A DNA stretch of 64,000 bases from Rickettsiales bacterium (GCA_040507985.1 JBEVNR010000012.1:32202-96201); one strand, 5' to 3'; positions 9,704 through 19,906 are shown, counted from the stretch's first letter. Translations and numbers: made by a program. The notes: generated by a model from the sequence alone, not told the origin.

Positions 9704-10477
9704 ATGAAAAATTTGGAAGGCAATAAAATCGTCGCGTCCGTGTTGCTCGCGACGCTCATCGCGTTGCTGTGCGGAAAGTTGGCGCATTTTTTGTATCGTC
9801 CCGTCCTTAATCCGGAGCCGCGCGGCTTCTCCGTCGCCGCCTCCGACGACGGCGCCCCCAAGGAACAAGCGAAGGAAATTCCGTTTGAAACCCTGCTGCA
9901 AAACGGTAGCGCCGACGCCGGCAAAAAAATATTCGCCAAGTGCGGCGCATGCCATAACGACGCCGAAGGCGCCGGGGCCAAAATCGGGCCCAACCTGTAC
10001 GGCGTGCTCAACCGCGACAAGGGAACCGAACCTGGCTTCGCCTATTCCGACGGCATGAAGGACAAGGGCGGCAAATGGACCTACGACGACTTGCATCATT
10101 TCATAAAATCGCCACGCGATTTCGTCTCCGGCACGAAAATGAGCTTCGCCGGACTACGTAAGGATGAAGACATAGCCAACGTCGTTCTGTATTTGCGCAG
10201 CATGGGCGACGTCGACGTCCCGTTACCGGAAGCCCCGGTCGCCGCTCCGGACGAAAAAGCGCCTAAAGATGAAAAAGCGTCGGCGGAATCCTCCAAGCCG
10301 ACCGACGCCGCCGCGAAAAAAGAAGGCGCCGAAGAAACCAAAAACGAAAAATCCTCCGAAGCCACTTCCGAAAAAGAAAAGAGCGATAAAACTTCTCCGG
10401 AGGACGAAAAAAAGCAAGAAAAGAACGCGCCTCCTTCTCCGATTAAAGGGAAGCATGAAGACGATAAAAAGGAATGA
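9704..10477 (+). CDS. cycM: Membrane-anchored cytochrome c (CycM/c2 family) with long charged C-terminal tail
   Basis: N-terminal TM helix, CGACH heme motif, GPNLYGV, GTKMSFAGL Met ligand. Confidence 0.9.
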   Translation: MKNLEGNKIVASVLLATLIALLCGKLAHFLYRPVLNPEPRGFSVAASDDGAPKEQAKEIPFETLLQNGSADAGKKIFAKCGACHNDAEGAGAKIGPNLYGVLNRDKGTEPGFAYSDGMKDKGGKWTYDDLHHFIKSPRDFVSGTKMSFAGLRKDEDIANVVLYLRSMGDVDVPLPEAPVAAPDEKAPKDEKASAESSKPTDAAAKKEGAEETKNEKSSEATSEKEKSDKTSPEDEKKQEKNAPPSPIKGKHEDDKKE

Positions 10478-10516
10478 CGCCAAGATACCGCGCCCTCCAA
10501 CACGGATTTGTTTTTT

Positions 10517-12724
10517 ATGGCAGACGCGCATGACGAAGAAAAATCCGTCCATCATCGCTATTTAAATCGCGAAACATCCCTGCTCGCCTTTAACGCGCGC
10601 GTGTTGGAAGAGGCGCAAAACCCGAACGTCCCCCTGCTTGAGCGCATAAAGTTTCTATCTATTTCCGCCGCCAATCTCGACGAATTTTACATGATTCGCG
10701 TGGCGGGATTGATGGACCAGCGCACCAACGATCCGGAGAGGCGCGGACTTGACGGCAGAAACGCCGAAGAGCAATTGGCGCTGGTGCGCGAGCGCGCGGG
10801 ACAATTATTCGACGCGCATCAACAATGTTGGCGCGCGCTCCAAGCGGCGCTGGCGGAGGAAGGCTATCGCGTTTGCCGCCCGGACGCATTAACCCCGCAT
10901 TGCCTAAGCGTGCTGGAATCGTATTTTGACGCCTGTTTGTTCGCCGCCTTGTCGCCGATTATCGTCGACGCCGCACATCCGTTGCCTTTTCTGCCAAACT
11001 TAGGGTTAACCGCCGTCGTGGGGCTGGAAAGCGACGGCGACATTGAAGCGTTGCCGTTCATCCATCGCTACGGGCGCTCCGCCCATGCCGTTATCATTCT
11101 TCCCGGAAAAATCGACCGCTTCGTCGACCTTCCCCCGATAGAGGGCGAAAAAAAGCGTTTCGTCAAAGTGGAGGACGTGATTCGGTTGTTTATCCACAAA
11201 TTGTTTCCCAACCGCCGCATCGCGGCGTTCGGCGTCATTCACGTGACGCGCGACAGCGATCTAGAGATAGAGGAAGACGCCGAAGATTTAATGCGCCATT
11301 TTGAAAGCGCGGTGAAGCAACGTCGGCGCGGCAGGATCATTCGCCTGCAATCCAGCGACGACCTGCCGGAAGACGCGCTGAAATTCGTGCTCGACGCGCT
11401 GGAGCGCCACGACGCCACGTGCGTGAGCGGGGCCATGGCGTGCCTACCCCACGTCGCCGAGCTGTGCGCGCGCATATCGGATGAGAAGCTTGCCTTTCCG
11501 CGCTATAAGCCGCGCTTTCCCGAACGGGTGTCGGATTTTGGCGGGGACTATTTTGCGGCGATACAGTCCAAGGACATGATCGTCCACCATCCTTACGAAA
11601 CGTTTGACGTGGTGGTCGATTTCTTGCGACAGGCCGCCGCCGATCCGGACGTGGTGGCCATTAAGCAAACGCTCTACCGCACCAGCAACGACTCTCCGGT
11701 AGTCAAGGCGCTCGTCGAGGCGGCGGAAGCCGGCAAGGCGGTGACGGTGGTGGTGGAGCTAAAGGCCCGGTTTGACGAGGAGGCCAACATTAAATGGGCG
11801 CGCAACCTCGAGCTGGCGGGCGCGCAAGTGGTGTTTGGTTTCGTTAACCTTAAAACCCACGCGAAATTGTCGCTCGCGGTGCGCCGAGAGGAGGGAGCCT
11901 TTAAAAGCTACGTCCATTGCGGCACGGGAAATTACCATCCCGTGACGGCAAAAATTTATTCGGACCTGTCTTTTTTTACGTGCGACGACGTGTTATGCCG
12001 TGACGTAGCCAATATTTTTAACTTCCTGACGGGCTACGCCGATTCCAACGACTTTGAAAAAATCTTCATCGCGCCGGTAAAATTGCGGGAGGCGGTCATG
12101 CAACTGATCGACAAGGAAATGGCGTTCGCCGAAGAGGGAAAGCCCGCGACGATATGGGCGAAAATGAATTCCCTGCTCGATAAGCGCGTGATCGACAAAT
12201 TATACGAGGCGTCGGGCAAGGGGGTGAAAATCGCGCTGATCGTGCGCGGCGTCTGCGCCTTGCGGCCGGGCGTAAAGGGCTTGTCGGAAAACATTACCGT
12301 CAAAAGCATCGTCGGACGCTTTTTGGAACATTCGCGCATTTACTGTTTCGGCAACGGCGAACCCATGCCGTCCCCGGGCGCAAAAGTGTTTATCTCTTCC
12401 GCCGACTTAATGTCGCGCAACCTAAGCCGGCGCGTCGAAGCGCTTGTTCCCGTCGAAAATCCGACCGTCCACGAACAAACGCTTGGGCAAGTCATGCTCG
12501 CGAACATGCGCGACAATACGCAATCCTGGCATATGGACGCCGAAGGAAATTATCGCCGCGCCGCCCCGAAAAAAGGACAAAAGCCCTTTTCCGCCCATCT
12601 GTATTTTATGGAAAACCACAGCTTGTCCGGACGAGGGGCCTCCAACGACCGCAACCTTTCCGTCGTGACGACGTCCGATAAAAAACCCCTGCGATATAGC
12701 CTGACGGAAAAAGAAGACGCCTAA
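10517..12724 (+). CDS. ppk1: Polyphosphate kinase 1
   Basis: RYLNRETSLLAFNARVL, NLDEFYMIRVAGL, HHPYETF, ELKARFDEE, LKTHAK, GTGNY, VGRFLEHSR. ATG at 10517 chosen as start. Confidence 0.97.
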   Translation: MADAHDEEKSVHHRYLNRETSLLAFNARVLEEAQNPNVPLLERIKFLSISAANLDEFYMIRVAGLMDQRTNDPERRGLDGRNAEEQLALVRERAGQLFDAHQQCWRALQAALAEEGYRVCRPDALTPHCLSVLESYFDACLFAALSPIIVDAAHPLPFLPNLGLTAVVGLESDGDIEALPFIHRYGRSAHAVIILPGKIDRFVDLPPIEGEKKRFVKVEDVIRLFIHKLFPNRRIAAFGVIHVTRDSDLEIEEDAEDLMRHFESAVKQRRRGRIIRLQSSDDLPEDALKFVLDALERHDATCVSGAMACLPHVAELCARISDEKLAFPRYKPRFPERVSDFGGDYFAAIQSKDMIVHHPYETFDVVVDFLRQAAADPDVVAIKQTLYRTSNDSPVVKALVEAAEAGKAVTVVVELKARFDEEANIKWARNLELAGAQVVFGFVNLKTHAKLSLAVRREEGAFKSYVHCGTGNYHPVTAKIYSDLSFFTCDDVLCRDVANIFNFLTGYADSNDFEKIFIAPVKLREAVMQLIDKEMAFAEEGKPATIWAKMNSLLDKRVIDKLYEASGKGVKIALIVRGVCALRPGVKGLSENITVKSIVGRFLEHSRIYCFGNGEPMPSPGAKVFISSADLMSRNLSRRVEALVPVENPTVHEQTLGQVMLANMRDNTQSWHMDAEGNYRRAAPKKGQKPFSAHLYFMENHSLSGRGASNDRNLSVVTTSDKKPLRYSLTEKEDA

Positions 12725-12751
12725 ACATATTGCCGCCTTTTTTCCCGTAAG

Positions 12752-12788
12752 CTTAGTAGGACTTACGCAGTGCGTAAGTCCTACTAAG
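12752..12788. repeat. 37-bp perfect palindrome (18-bp arms, 1-nt centre)
   Basis: CTTAGTAGGACTTACGCA-G-TGCGTAAGTCCTACTAAG read directly from the sequence. Confidence 0.95.
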
Positions 12789-12932
12789 AACTCGCCTTAC
12801 AACGACCCGATCAATGGATGTTTTTGTCCTGAACGCGCCTTATTTTTAAGTTGAGAAAACGCTAACGTTACGGTATGATGCGCGGCATTATAACTAATTT
12901 TTATCATCTCTATATTTTTTAAGGAGCCTTCG

Positions 12933-13121
12933 ATGGAATCTAAAAAACTTACCCTTGCCGCGCTTGCGGGCATGACCGCCATCTCTTTGGCCGGCTGCAA
13001 GTCCATACACGACAAGAAAGAAACCAACGCGTGTAAAACCGAAACGAAAAAAGAAGCGAATACGTGTAGCGCGAACGACGCGCATAGCTGCGCCGCTCGC
13101 GATAACAACAGCTGCAAATAG
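12933..13121 (+). CDS. Small Cys-repeat lipoprotein (62 aa), candidate RiPP precursor or metal-binding peptide
   Basis: AAGGAG SD, lipobox LAGC, four (E/D)-x-(N/H)-(A/T/S)-C repeats, own downstream hairpin. Confidence 0.8.
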   Translation: MESKKLTLAALAGMTAISLAGCKSIHDKKETNACKTETKKEANTCSANDAHSCAARDNNSCK

Positions 13122-13135
13122 CTGTCTTATTTATA

Positions 13136-13182
13136 TCCCGCTTCAAGAACGGTTTTTCGTTAGAGCGTTTCTTGAAGCGGGA
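13136..13182 (+). terminator. Long hairpin after the Cys-repeat lipoprotein gene
   Basis: TCCCGCTTCAAGAA ... TTCTTGAAGCGGGA, 14-bp inverted repeat. Confidence 0.65.
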
Positions 13183-13238
13183 AAATGACCTGACGTGTTT
13201 ATCTACCCTTAGACGTCAATCTTTTTTTTCTCAGCGCC

Positions 13239-14702
13239 ATGCGTTTCTTTCATTCTTCCGATTCGTTTTTTCCTAAGGAAGTCTTTCGTTTGTACGACAT
13301 ACGCGGAAAGACAGACGCGCAACTCACTCCCGTTTTTGCCTTTTACCTCGGTCGAGCCTTCGCCTGCCATATCGCCTCGAAGGGAGGAGTTGCTCCAAAC
13401 GAATTAACCTTATGCGTCGGCAGGGATTGCCGCCTGTCTTCGCCGGAGCTGGAAGAAGCGCTGGCGTCGGGCATGGCGCATGAAGGAGTAAACGTGATTC
13501 GCGTCGGATTGTTGCCGACGCCGGCCCTGTATTTTTCCGTGAAGCGTTACAAAGCGGACGGCGGCATAATGGTCACGGGTTCGCATAATCCGAAAAATGA
13601 CAACGGATTTAAGTGCATGGACGCCCATTTGGCCCTGCACGGCCCCGCGATTCTGGACCTATGCGACCGCATGGAGGCCATGAAAAAACAAGACGGCGAT
13701 GCGCCGATTGTCGTTCCGTCGGCGCCCACATGTTTTCGCGACGTGTCGGGCGACTATGTCGACCGCATACTTTCCGTTGCTTCTTATCCCCGCACGTTGG
13801 CGGAAAGTCGCGTAAAAGCCGCGTGGGACCCGGGAAACGGCGCGGCCGGAGACATGCTTCACCAATTAATTTCGCGCCTTCCCGGCGAGCATATTCTCAT
13901 AAACGCGGCGCCCGACGGCAATTTTCCGGCGCACCATCCCGACCCGAGCGACCCTCAGAATATGCTCCAGTTGCAAGAGGCGGTGCGCGCCGAGGGGTGC
14001 GACGTGGGTTTCGCCTTCGACGGAGACGGCGATCGACTGGGCGTCGTCGACGGAAGGGGCGAGCCTTTATCAAGCGACGCGCTTGGGTTTACGTTCGCCC
14101 GCGATTGCGTCGAGAAATTCCCCGAGGCGCTGTGCGTGTTCGACGTAAAAACCTCCGGACAAACCTTCTCGGCGATCGAACGCGTCGGCGGCAGAACGCT
14201 GATGGGCAAAACCGGGCATTCGCTCATGAAGGAAAAAATGAAGCTTTCCGGCGCCATCTTTGGCGCGGAGGCAAGCGGCCACTTGTTTTTCGCCGAACAT
14301 GACGGTTTTGACGACGCGATTTTCGCCGCCGTCCGTTTTCTCGACGTGATGCACCGTCGCGGGGAAAGCGCCGAAATGCTAGGCGCCTCGTTACCGCGCG
14401 GAAGCCGAACGCCCGAATGGCGTCTGGACGTAGGGGAGAAAGAAAAATGGCGCTTGCTTGACGGCTTGAAAAATGCGTTGCGATTGCGTAGCGAAGCGTT
14501 TAACGACTTAGACGGCATTCGGGTGGACGACGAAGAGGGATGGTGGGTGGCCCGCGCGTCGAACACCCAGCCGGCCGTGGTGGTCATGGCGGAAGGCAGG
14601 GACGAAGCGGCCCTGCGGCGGCGCGTGGAATATATCGACGCGCTTTGCCGGGAGGCCGGATTTTCTTTCCCCCTTTTTAAAACCGGCGCTATTTCCGCTT
14701 AG
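13239..14702 (+). CDS. Phosphomannomutase/phosphoglucomutase
   Basis: FRLYDIRG, catalytic TGSHNP, metal loop FDGDGDR, GAEASGH, RASNTQP. Confidence 0.95.
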   Translation: MRFFHSSDSFFPKEVFRLYDIRGKTDAQLTPVFAFYLGRAFACHIASKGGVAPNELTLCVGRDCRLSSPELEEALASGMAHEGVNVIRVGLLPTPALYFSVKRYKADGGIMVTGSHNPKNDNGFKCMDAHLALHGPAILDLCDRMEAMKKQDGDAPIVVPSAPTCFRDVSGDYVDRILSVASYPRTLAESRVKAAWDPGNGAAGDMLHQLISRLPGEHILINAAPDGNFPAHHPDPSDPQNMLQLQEAVRAEGCDVGFAFDGDGDRLGVVDGRGEPLSSDALGFTFARDCVEKFPEALCVFDVKTSGQTFSAIERVGGRTLMGKTGHSLMKEKMKLSGAIFGAEASGHLFFAEHDGFDDAIFAAVRFLDVMHRRGESAEMLGASLPRGSRTPEWRLDVGEKEKWRLLDGLKNALRLRSEAFNDLDGIRVDDEEGWWVARASNTQPAVVVMAEGRDEAALRRRVEYIDALCREAGFSFPLFKTGAISA

Positions 14703-16534
14703 AACGCCTGCCCGATGCTGACATACACGCCGAATTTAAGGTTGTTTCCGTCGTTGATTTCGTCCAGCGGGAAGCCGACGTCCAGCCTGATCGGGCCGAT
14801 GGGACTATAATATCGTCCGCCGACGCCGGCGGAGAAGAACAATTCTTGCGTCGGCTTCACGAATTCCTCGTCATACACGTTTCCCGCGTCGACGAAGGCG
14901 ACGCCGCCTACCGCGTCGTTAAAGCGCAGGCGCGTTTCGGCGCTAAACTCCGTCCATACGGTTCCGCCGGCCGGCTCTCCGTTATCTTTGGGACCGATGG
15001 AACGAAAATCGTATCCGCGCACCGATCCGCCGCCGCCCGCGTAAAAACGCAAGTCGGCCGGCACGGATTCCGACGAGGCTCCGTTAATTTGTCCGTAGGC
15101 GGCACGCAGCGCAAGAGTGGGTTTCCACACCCATTTTTCCTGCGTGAAGTAGGTTTGGGCCTCGATTTCCGTTTTTAAAAAACCGATTCCCTTTCCGGTC
15201 ACGTCGGAATAATACGACGTCGCCCCGCGCCCGTATATCCCTTCGGTCGGGTCGAGGTTATCGTCGCGGTCGTCCCATTCCGCGTAGACCGGAAAATATA
15301 GAAAGCCGAAATTTTCGGTGCGGTCGCCGGCTTCGTCCACCCGGGACGAACGCCAGCCCGTGCCCCCGCCGACGGAAAATTCTTTCGTCAAGCGTCGATC
15401 GATCGTCGCCAGGGCCGACGCCGACGCCGAATTATAGGTGTCGGTGCTTTCTTCGGTCGTGCTGCCGGTCACGTTCAATTTTTGGTTGTCGCGAAGAAAA
15501 AACGGTACGGTATAGGTGCCTTTCACGCCGTATTCCAGCTGTGAGACCACCGCCTTGCCGGTGAATTTATGGGCCTTGCCCCGCAAGTTGCGATGCTCCC
15601 ACCCCGCGCTGACGCCCACGCCCTCGTCGCTACCGTAGGTGGCGCCGGCGGTGACGGTGCGATGCGGACGGTCCGTGACGGTCACGGTCATCGGCGCCTC
15701 GCCGTCCTCGTTCGGGGCGTCCGGATAGGAGATTTTAGCGCTTGCGAGCAGTTGCGTTTGCAACAGGGCCGTTTGGGTCGCCTCCACCTTCTCGTAGGTG
15801 AAGCATTCGCCCTTTTTCCATTTGACATATTTTTTTAATATTTCTTCGCTTACGGCGGTATCGCCGTCGAAATGCGTATCTCCGAAATTGGCGGAGGCGC
15901 CGTGGGCGGCGCGGTATTGCACCGCCGCCGTTCCGCCTGCGCGGTTTAGCACCACGCGCGGCGTCACGTCAAGCGAGAGGAAGCAGCGATTTTTTCCGGT
16001 TTCTCTTTTTATCTCTTCCGCTCCGTCCAAAATTTTTTGGGCTTCGGCGATGCTGCCGGGCGGAAGGAAAAACTTTTCTACGCCGGGAACCTCGATCGGA
16101 TCGTTTTCCCAGAGAATTTCGCTTTTCTGCACTTTATACCGCCGACCGGGAACGACGTCGAAAGATACCTTCCCTTTTTTTCCCTTATCGCCGACGGAGG
16201 CGACGCTCGCTCGCGCCGTTGCGTCGTAATAGCCGCGCGATTCCATCGCTTTGCGAATGCGTTCGGCCATCAATCCGCCATAAACGCCAAGCTGCCCAAC
16301 GGTTTTAGGGGAGCGGTCCTTGTCTATCGCTTGTCGGGCAAGCTTTTCCAACTCGTATTTTTTTACGATTTTTTTATCAAGCCCATCAATCTCGACGCTG
16401 TATTTTATTCCCTTATTGCCGAAAGGCCACCAGTCGAAGGCCCGGGCCTCGCGCGCATGAAAAAGAATCGCCGCCCCCAATACAAAGGCGACGACAACCA
16501 TCCGAACGCAGACATTACCATAATTAACACTCAT
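14699..16534 (-). CDS. tamA: TamA-like Omp85 outer-membrane protein
   Basis: Signal peptide, POTRA-like region, RFYAGGGGSVRGYDF, GVGGRYYSPIGPIRLDVGFP, terminal SIGQAF. Confidence 0.92.
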   Translation of the reverse strand: MSVNYGNVCVRMVVVAFVLGAAILFHAREARAFDWWPFGNKGIKYSVEIDGLDKKIVKKYELEKLARQAIDKDRSPKTVGQLGVYGGLMAERIRKAMESRGYYDATARASVASVGDKGKKGKVSFDVVPGRRYKVQKSEILWENDPIEVPGVEKFFLPPGSIAEAQKILDGAEEIKRETGKNRCFLSLDVTPRVVLNRAGGTAAVQYRAAHGASANFGDTHFDGDTAVSEEILKKYVKWKKGECFTYEKVEATQTALLQTQLLASAKISYPDAPNEDGEAPMTVTVTDRPHRTVTAGATYGSDEGVGVSAGWEHRNLRGKAHKFTGKAVVSQLEYGVKGTYTVPFFLRDNQKLNVTGSTTEESTDTYNSASASALATIDRRLTKEFSVGGGTGWRSSRVDEAGDRTENFGFLYFPVYAEWDDRDDNLDPTEGIYGRGATSYYSDVTGKGIGFLKTEIEAQTYFTQEKWVWKPTLALRAAYGQINGASSESVPADLRFYAGGGGSVRGYDFRSIGPKDNGEPAGGTVWTEFSAETRLRFNDAVGGVAFVDAGNVYDEEFVKPTQELFFSAGVGGRYYSPIGPIRLDVGFPLDEINDGNNLKFGVYVSIGQAF

Positions 16535-16689
16535 AGGATATTAATTATAATGAAGCCGGCATAAAAAAGCCATGGTTAACGAAAAACGACGCCGCCTTCC
16601 TTCATACGCATTACCGCTTGCCTTCTTGCCGCAAAAACGCTACGTTCGCGCGGATTATTAAATACGATAAAACATATGTTCGGAGCCAT

Positions 16690-19200
16690 ATGCGCCCCTC
16701 TAAATGGAAACTCGCCCTGTATGCGGTCGTCATTGTCCTGGGATGTTTGATCGTCGCGCCGAACGTGATGACCGACGCGCAATTGGCCCATTTGCCGAGT
16801 TGGGCGCCGCATAAGCGCATGACGCTGGGGCTGGACATTCGCGGCGGCTCGCACCTGGTGTTGCAGGTGGACGAGCCCGCGTTAAAAAAGGAACGGCTCG
16901 AATCGCTCCAAGAAAGCCTGCGCGCCTCCTTCCGCGAAAAAGGCGTCTCCGGCGCCTCCGTCCGTCAAGACGGAGAAGCGATTGAAATAAAAATCCGCGA
17001 AGGCGCGCCAAAAGATAAAATCCGCGAGACCGTAAACGACATAGGCAAATCTTCGGGCTTGTTCGGCCATACGGGCGCGGCGCTTGACGTGAAAGAGATT
17101 CCCGACGGCTTTACCGTTAATATCAGCGAGGCGGCGGCACAAGAATTTATCGACGCAGCGGTGACGCAAAGCCTCGAGATCGTGCGGCGGCGCATCGACG
17201 AGGTGGGCGTGGCCGAACCCGGCATTCAGCGCCTCGGGCGCGACCGCATCGTGGTGCAGCTTCCCGGCGTGCAAGATCCGGACGCCATTAGAAACCTTCT
17301 CGGCAGCACCGCAAAGCTTAGCTTTCATATGGTGCGCGGAGGAGGCGACATGCCGCGCTCCGTGCAAACCATGCGCCTGCCGGACGCGAAAGGCAACGGC
17401 GAGTATTATACCGTCGACCGCATTCCTCTCTTGCAAGGCGATCGCTTGGAAAACGCCATGCCGGGCTACGACCAGCAAACCGGACAACCGATTATCTCGT
17501 TTCGGTTGGACGACATAGGAGCGCGGCGTTTCGGCGACGTCACGCGGCAAAACGTCGGCAAACCCTTCGCCATCGTCCTTGACGGAAAAATACTGAGCGC
17601 GCCGGTCATTCGCGAACCCATTCCAAGCGGATCCGGCCAAATTAGCGGCCATTTCACCACGGCGGAAACGACCTCGCTCTCGGCGCTGCTCCGCGCCGGC
17701 GCGCTTCCCGCCCCGTTGCACGTGATAGAAGAGCGCACCGTTGGGCCGGACTTGGGTAAGGACGCCATCCGCATGGGCGGCATGATGGGGTTGGCCGGCT
17801 TCGGACTGGTGATCGTTTTCATAACGATGTTGTACGGCAGGTGGGGAATGGTGGCAAACTTGGCCCTCATCGCCAACGTCGTATTGACCTTCGCCGCCTT
17901 AACGTTGCTGGGAGCGACGCTCACCCTTCCCGGCGTCGCCGGCGTCGTGCTGGGCATCGGCATTGCGGTGGACGCCAACGTCTTGATAAACGAGCGCATA
18001 CGCGAGGAAACGCGCCTCGGAAAACCCGCGCGCCACGCGCTTGAGCTTGGGTTTAAGCACGCCTATTCGACCATCGTCGACTCTAACGTCACCACCCTTA
18101 TCGCGACGACGCTGTTGTTTTTTTTCGGATCCGGTCCGGTAAAGGGCTTTGCCGTCACCATGGGATTAGGGATCGCCATATCGATGTTTACCGCCGTCAC
18201 GGTCGTGAAAGCGATCATGGGCGCGTGGGTGGACGCAAAGCGCCCAAAGCAATTTATCATCACGCCGCTGTTCGGCATGCAGATTTTTTCGGATCATTCG
18301 TCCATTAAATTTATGAAGGCGCGCTTTTTTGGCATCGGCGTGTCCATGGTTTTATCCGTTGCCTCCATTATCTTATTTATAAAACCGGGGCTGAATTACG
18401 GCATCGATTTCGTGGGCGGCACCTTAATCGAAGCCCATACGCAACGACCGGCAAATTTAGCGAACATACGCAATGCGTTGGAAGGCGCGGAGTTAGGAGA
18501 GGCCGCCGTGCAGGAATTCGGCGACCCCACGGCGTTTTTAATACGATTAGAGCGCCAAAAAGGAACGGATTCCGCCGCCGTCGCCGACGCGGCGAAGAAA
18601 ATTTTAATAAAAGCGGAGCCGGACGCGACCGTCGTTCGCACCGAAACGGTAGGGCCGAAGCTTAGCGACGAGCTGGCCTATATGGGAATCGTTTCCGTCA
18701 CCTTGGCAAGCTTAGCCATGATGGCCTATATTTGGATGCGTTTTGAATGGCAGTTCGCCATCGGCGCCATTGCCACCCTGGTGCTGGACGTGACGAAAAC
18801 CGTCGGATTTTTTGCGCTGACGCAGCTTGACTTCAACCTTACCGCCATCGCGGCGCTATTGACCTTGATAGGGTATTCCGTCAACGACAAGGTGGTGGTG
18901 TACGACCGGATGCGGGAAAATTTACGACTGAACAAAAAGACGACGCTGCGCGAGGTGATAGACGTCAGCATCAACGCGACGCTGAAACGCAGTATCTATA
19001 CGTCGGCCACCGCCATGCTGGCCATGCTTCCCATGGCGATAGCGGGAGGAGAGGCCGTGAAAAGCTTCGCCATACCGATGACGTTTGGCATCGTCATCGC
19101 CACCAGCTCCTCCATTTTCATCGCCGCGCCGATTCTTCTCTATTTCGGCGAAAAAATGGAAAAACAAGGGCGCGGATATTTTAAGCCGGCGCCAAATTAA
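16690..19200 (+). CDS. secDF: Fused protein translocase SecDF
   Basis: LGLDIRGG, RRRIDEVGVAEP, VDANVLINER (SecD half); YGIDFVGG, GYSVNDKVVVYDRMRE (SecF half). ATG at 16690 with GGAG SD. Confidence 0.95.
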   Translation: MRPSKWKLALYAVVIVLGCLIVAPNVMTDAQLAHLPSWAPHKRMTLGLDIRGGSHLVLQVDEPALKKERLESLQESLRASFREKGVSGASVRQDGEAIEIKIREGAPKDKIRETVNDIGKSSGLFGHTGAALDVKEIPDGFTVNISEAAAQEFIDAAVTQSLEIVRRRIDEVGVAEPGIQRLGRDRIVVQLPGVQDPDAIRNLLGSTAKLSFHMVRGGGDMPRSVQTMRLPDAKGNGEYYTVDRIPLLQGDRLENAMPGYDQQTGQPIISFRLDDIGARRFGDVTRQNVGKPFAIVLDGKILSAPVIREPIPSGSGQISGHFTTAETTSLSALLRAGALPAPLHVIEERTVGPDLGKDAIRMGGMMGLAGFGLVIVFITMLYGRWGMVANLALIANVVLTFAALTLLGATLTLPGVAGVVLGIGIAVDANVLINERIREETRLGKPARHALELGFKHAYSTIVDSNVTTLIATTLLFFFGSGPVKGFAVTMGLGIAISMFTAVTVVKAIMGAWVDAKRPKQFIITPLFGMQIFSDHSSIKFMKARFFGIGVSMVLSVASIILFIKPGLNYGIDFVGGTLIEAHTQRPANLANIRNALEGAELGEAAVQEFGDPTAFLIRLERQKGTDSAAVADAAKKILIKAEPDATVVRTETVGPKLSDELAYMGIVSVTLASLAMMAYIWMRFEWQFAIGAIATLVLDVTKTVGFFALTQLDFNLTAIAALLTLIGYSVNDKVVVYDRMRENLRLNKKTTLREVIDVSINATLKRSIYTSATAMLAMLPMAIAGGEAVKSFAIPMTFGIVIATSSSIFIAAPILLYFGEKMEKQGRGYFKPAPN

Positions 19201-19348
19201 CGAAAACTTGATTCGCACTAAAGTATAGCAATTAGCGATAGGTTGGCGTAGGATGCGCGCTGCGTCGGGAAACCGCTAGGTTTTCACCGTTTTCCGTTAT
19301 ATAATACATCTGCCGCCGTTGCGGCGTAGCGATGAAAAGCGGAGAGTT

Positions 19349-19906
19349 ATGGCATATTTCGGACGCGTCGGTTGCGCGATCGTCGGGTTGGCGTTGTCGT
19401 CATGCGCCGCCGACCCTAAACAGGTGGACGCCGTCATTTACGGCAACGAAACCGAGCTCACCTGCCGCCAGCTCACCAACGAAATGGACAAAACCTTATC
19501 CTATCTTCGCGAGGCGGACAGGTACGACCGGTTTCAATGGAGATACATGTTCCCCCCGACCGGCGCGGCGTCCGTCTATAATATTGTGACAGCAAAGAAA
19601 AAAGCGGTGCGGCGCAAGGAGTATCTGGAAGAAGTAATGCGCCGCAAGCAATGTTACGGCGGACCGCAATTTAGTTCGTTCATTGAAGACGGCGCGCTTT
19701 CCCCCACCTTCAACCAGGCCGGCCTGAATCGCGCCTCCGGCTCGTTTCGCAACAATTACGACGTGAATTTTCACGGCATGAGGTTCGAGCGCCAAGGCAG
19801 CGACCAAAAAGGCACGTTTCAGGGAACCATGAACGCCGTTCCTTACGATCCCGAGCGTACCGAGCAAGGCAACGAACAAAGCATGACCTCTCTGTTTGCG
19901 GAGTAG
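19349..19906 (+). CDS. Putative lipoprotein
   Basis: Lipobox LSSC, paired Cys around a helical hairpin (LTCRQL...RRKQC), GGAG SD before ATG 19349. Confidence 0.7.
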   Translation: MAYFGRVGCAIVGLALSSCAADPKQVDAVIYGNETELTCRQLTNEMDKTLSYLREADRYDRFQWRYMFPPTGAASVYNIVTAKKKAVRRKEYLEEVMRRKQCYGGPQFSSFIEDGALSPTFNQAGLNRASGSFRNNYDVNFHGMRFERQGSDQKGTFQGTMNAVPYDPERTEQGNEQSMTSLFAE

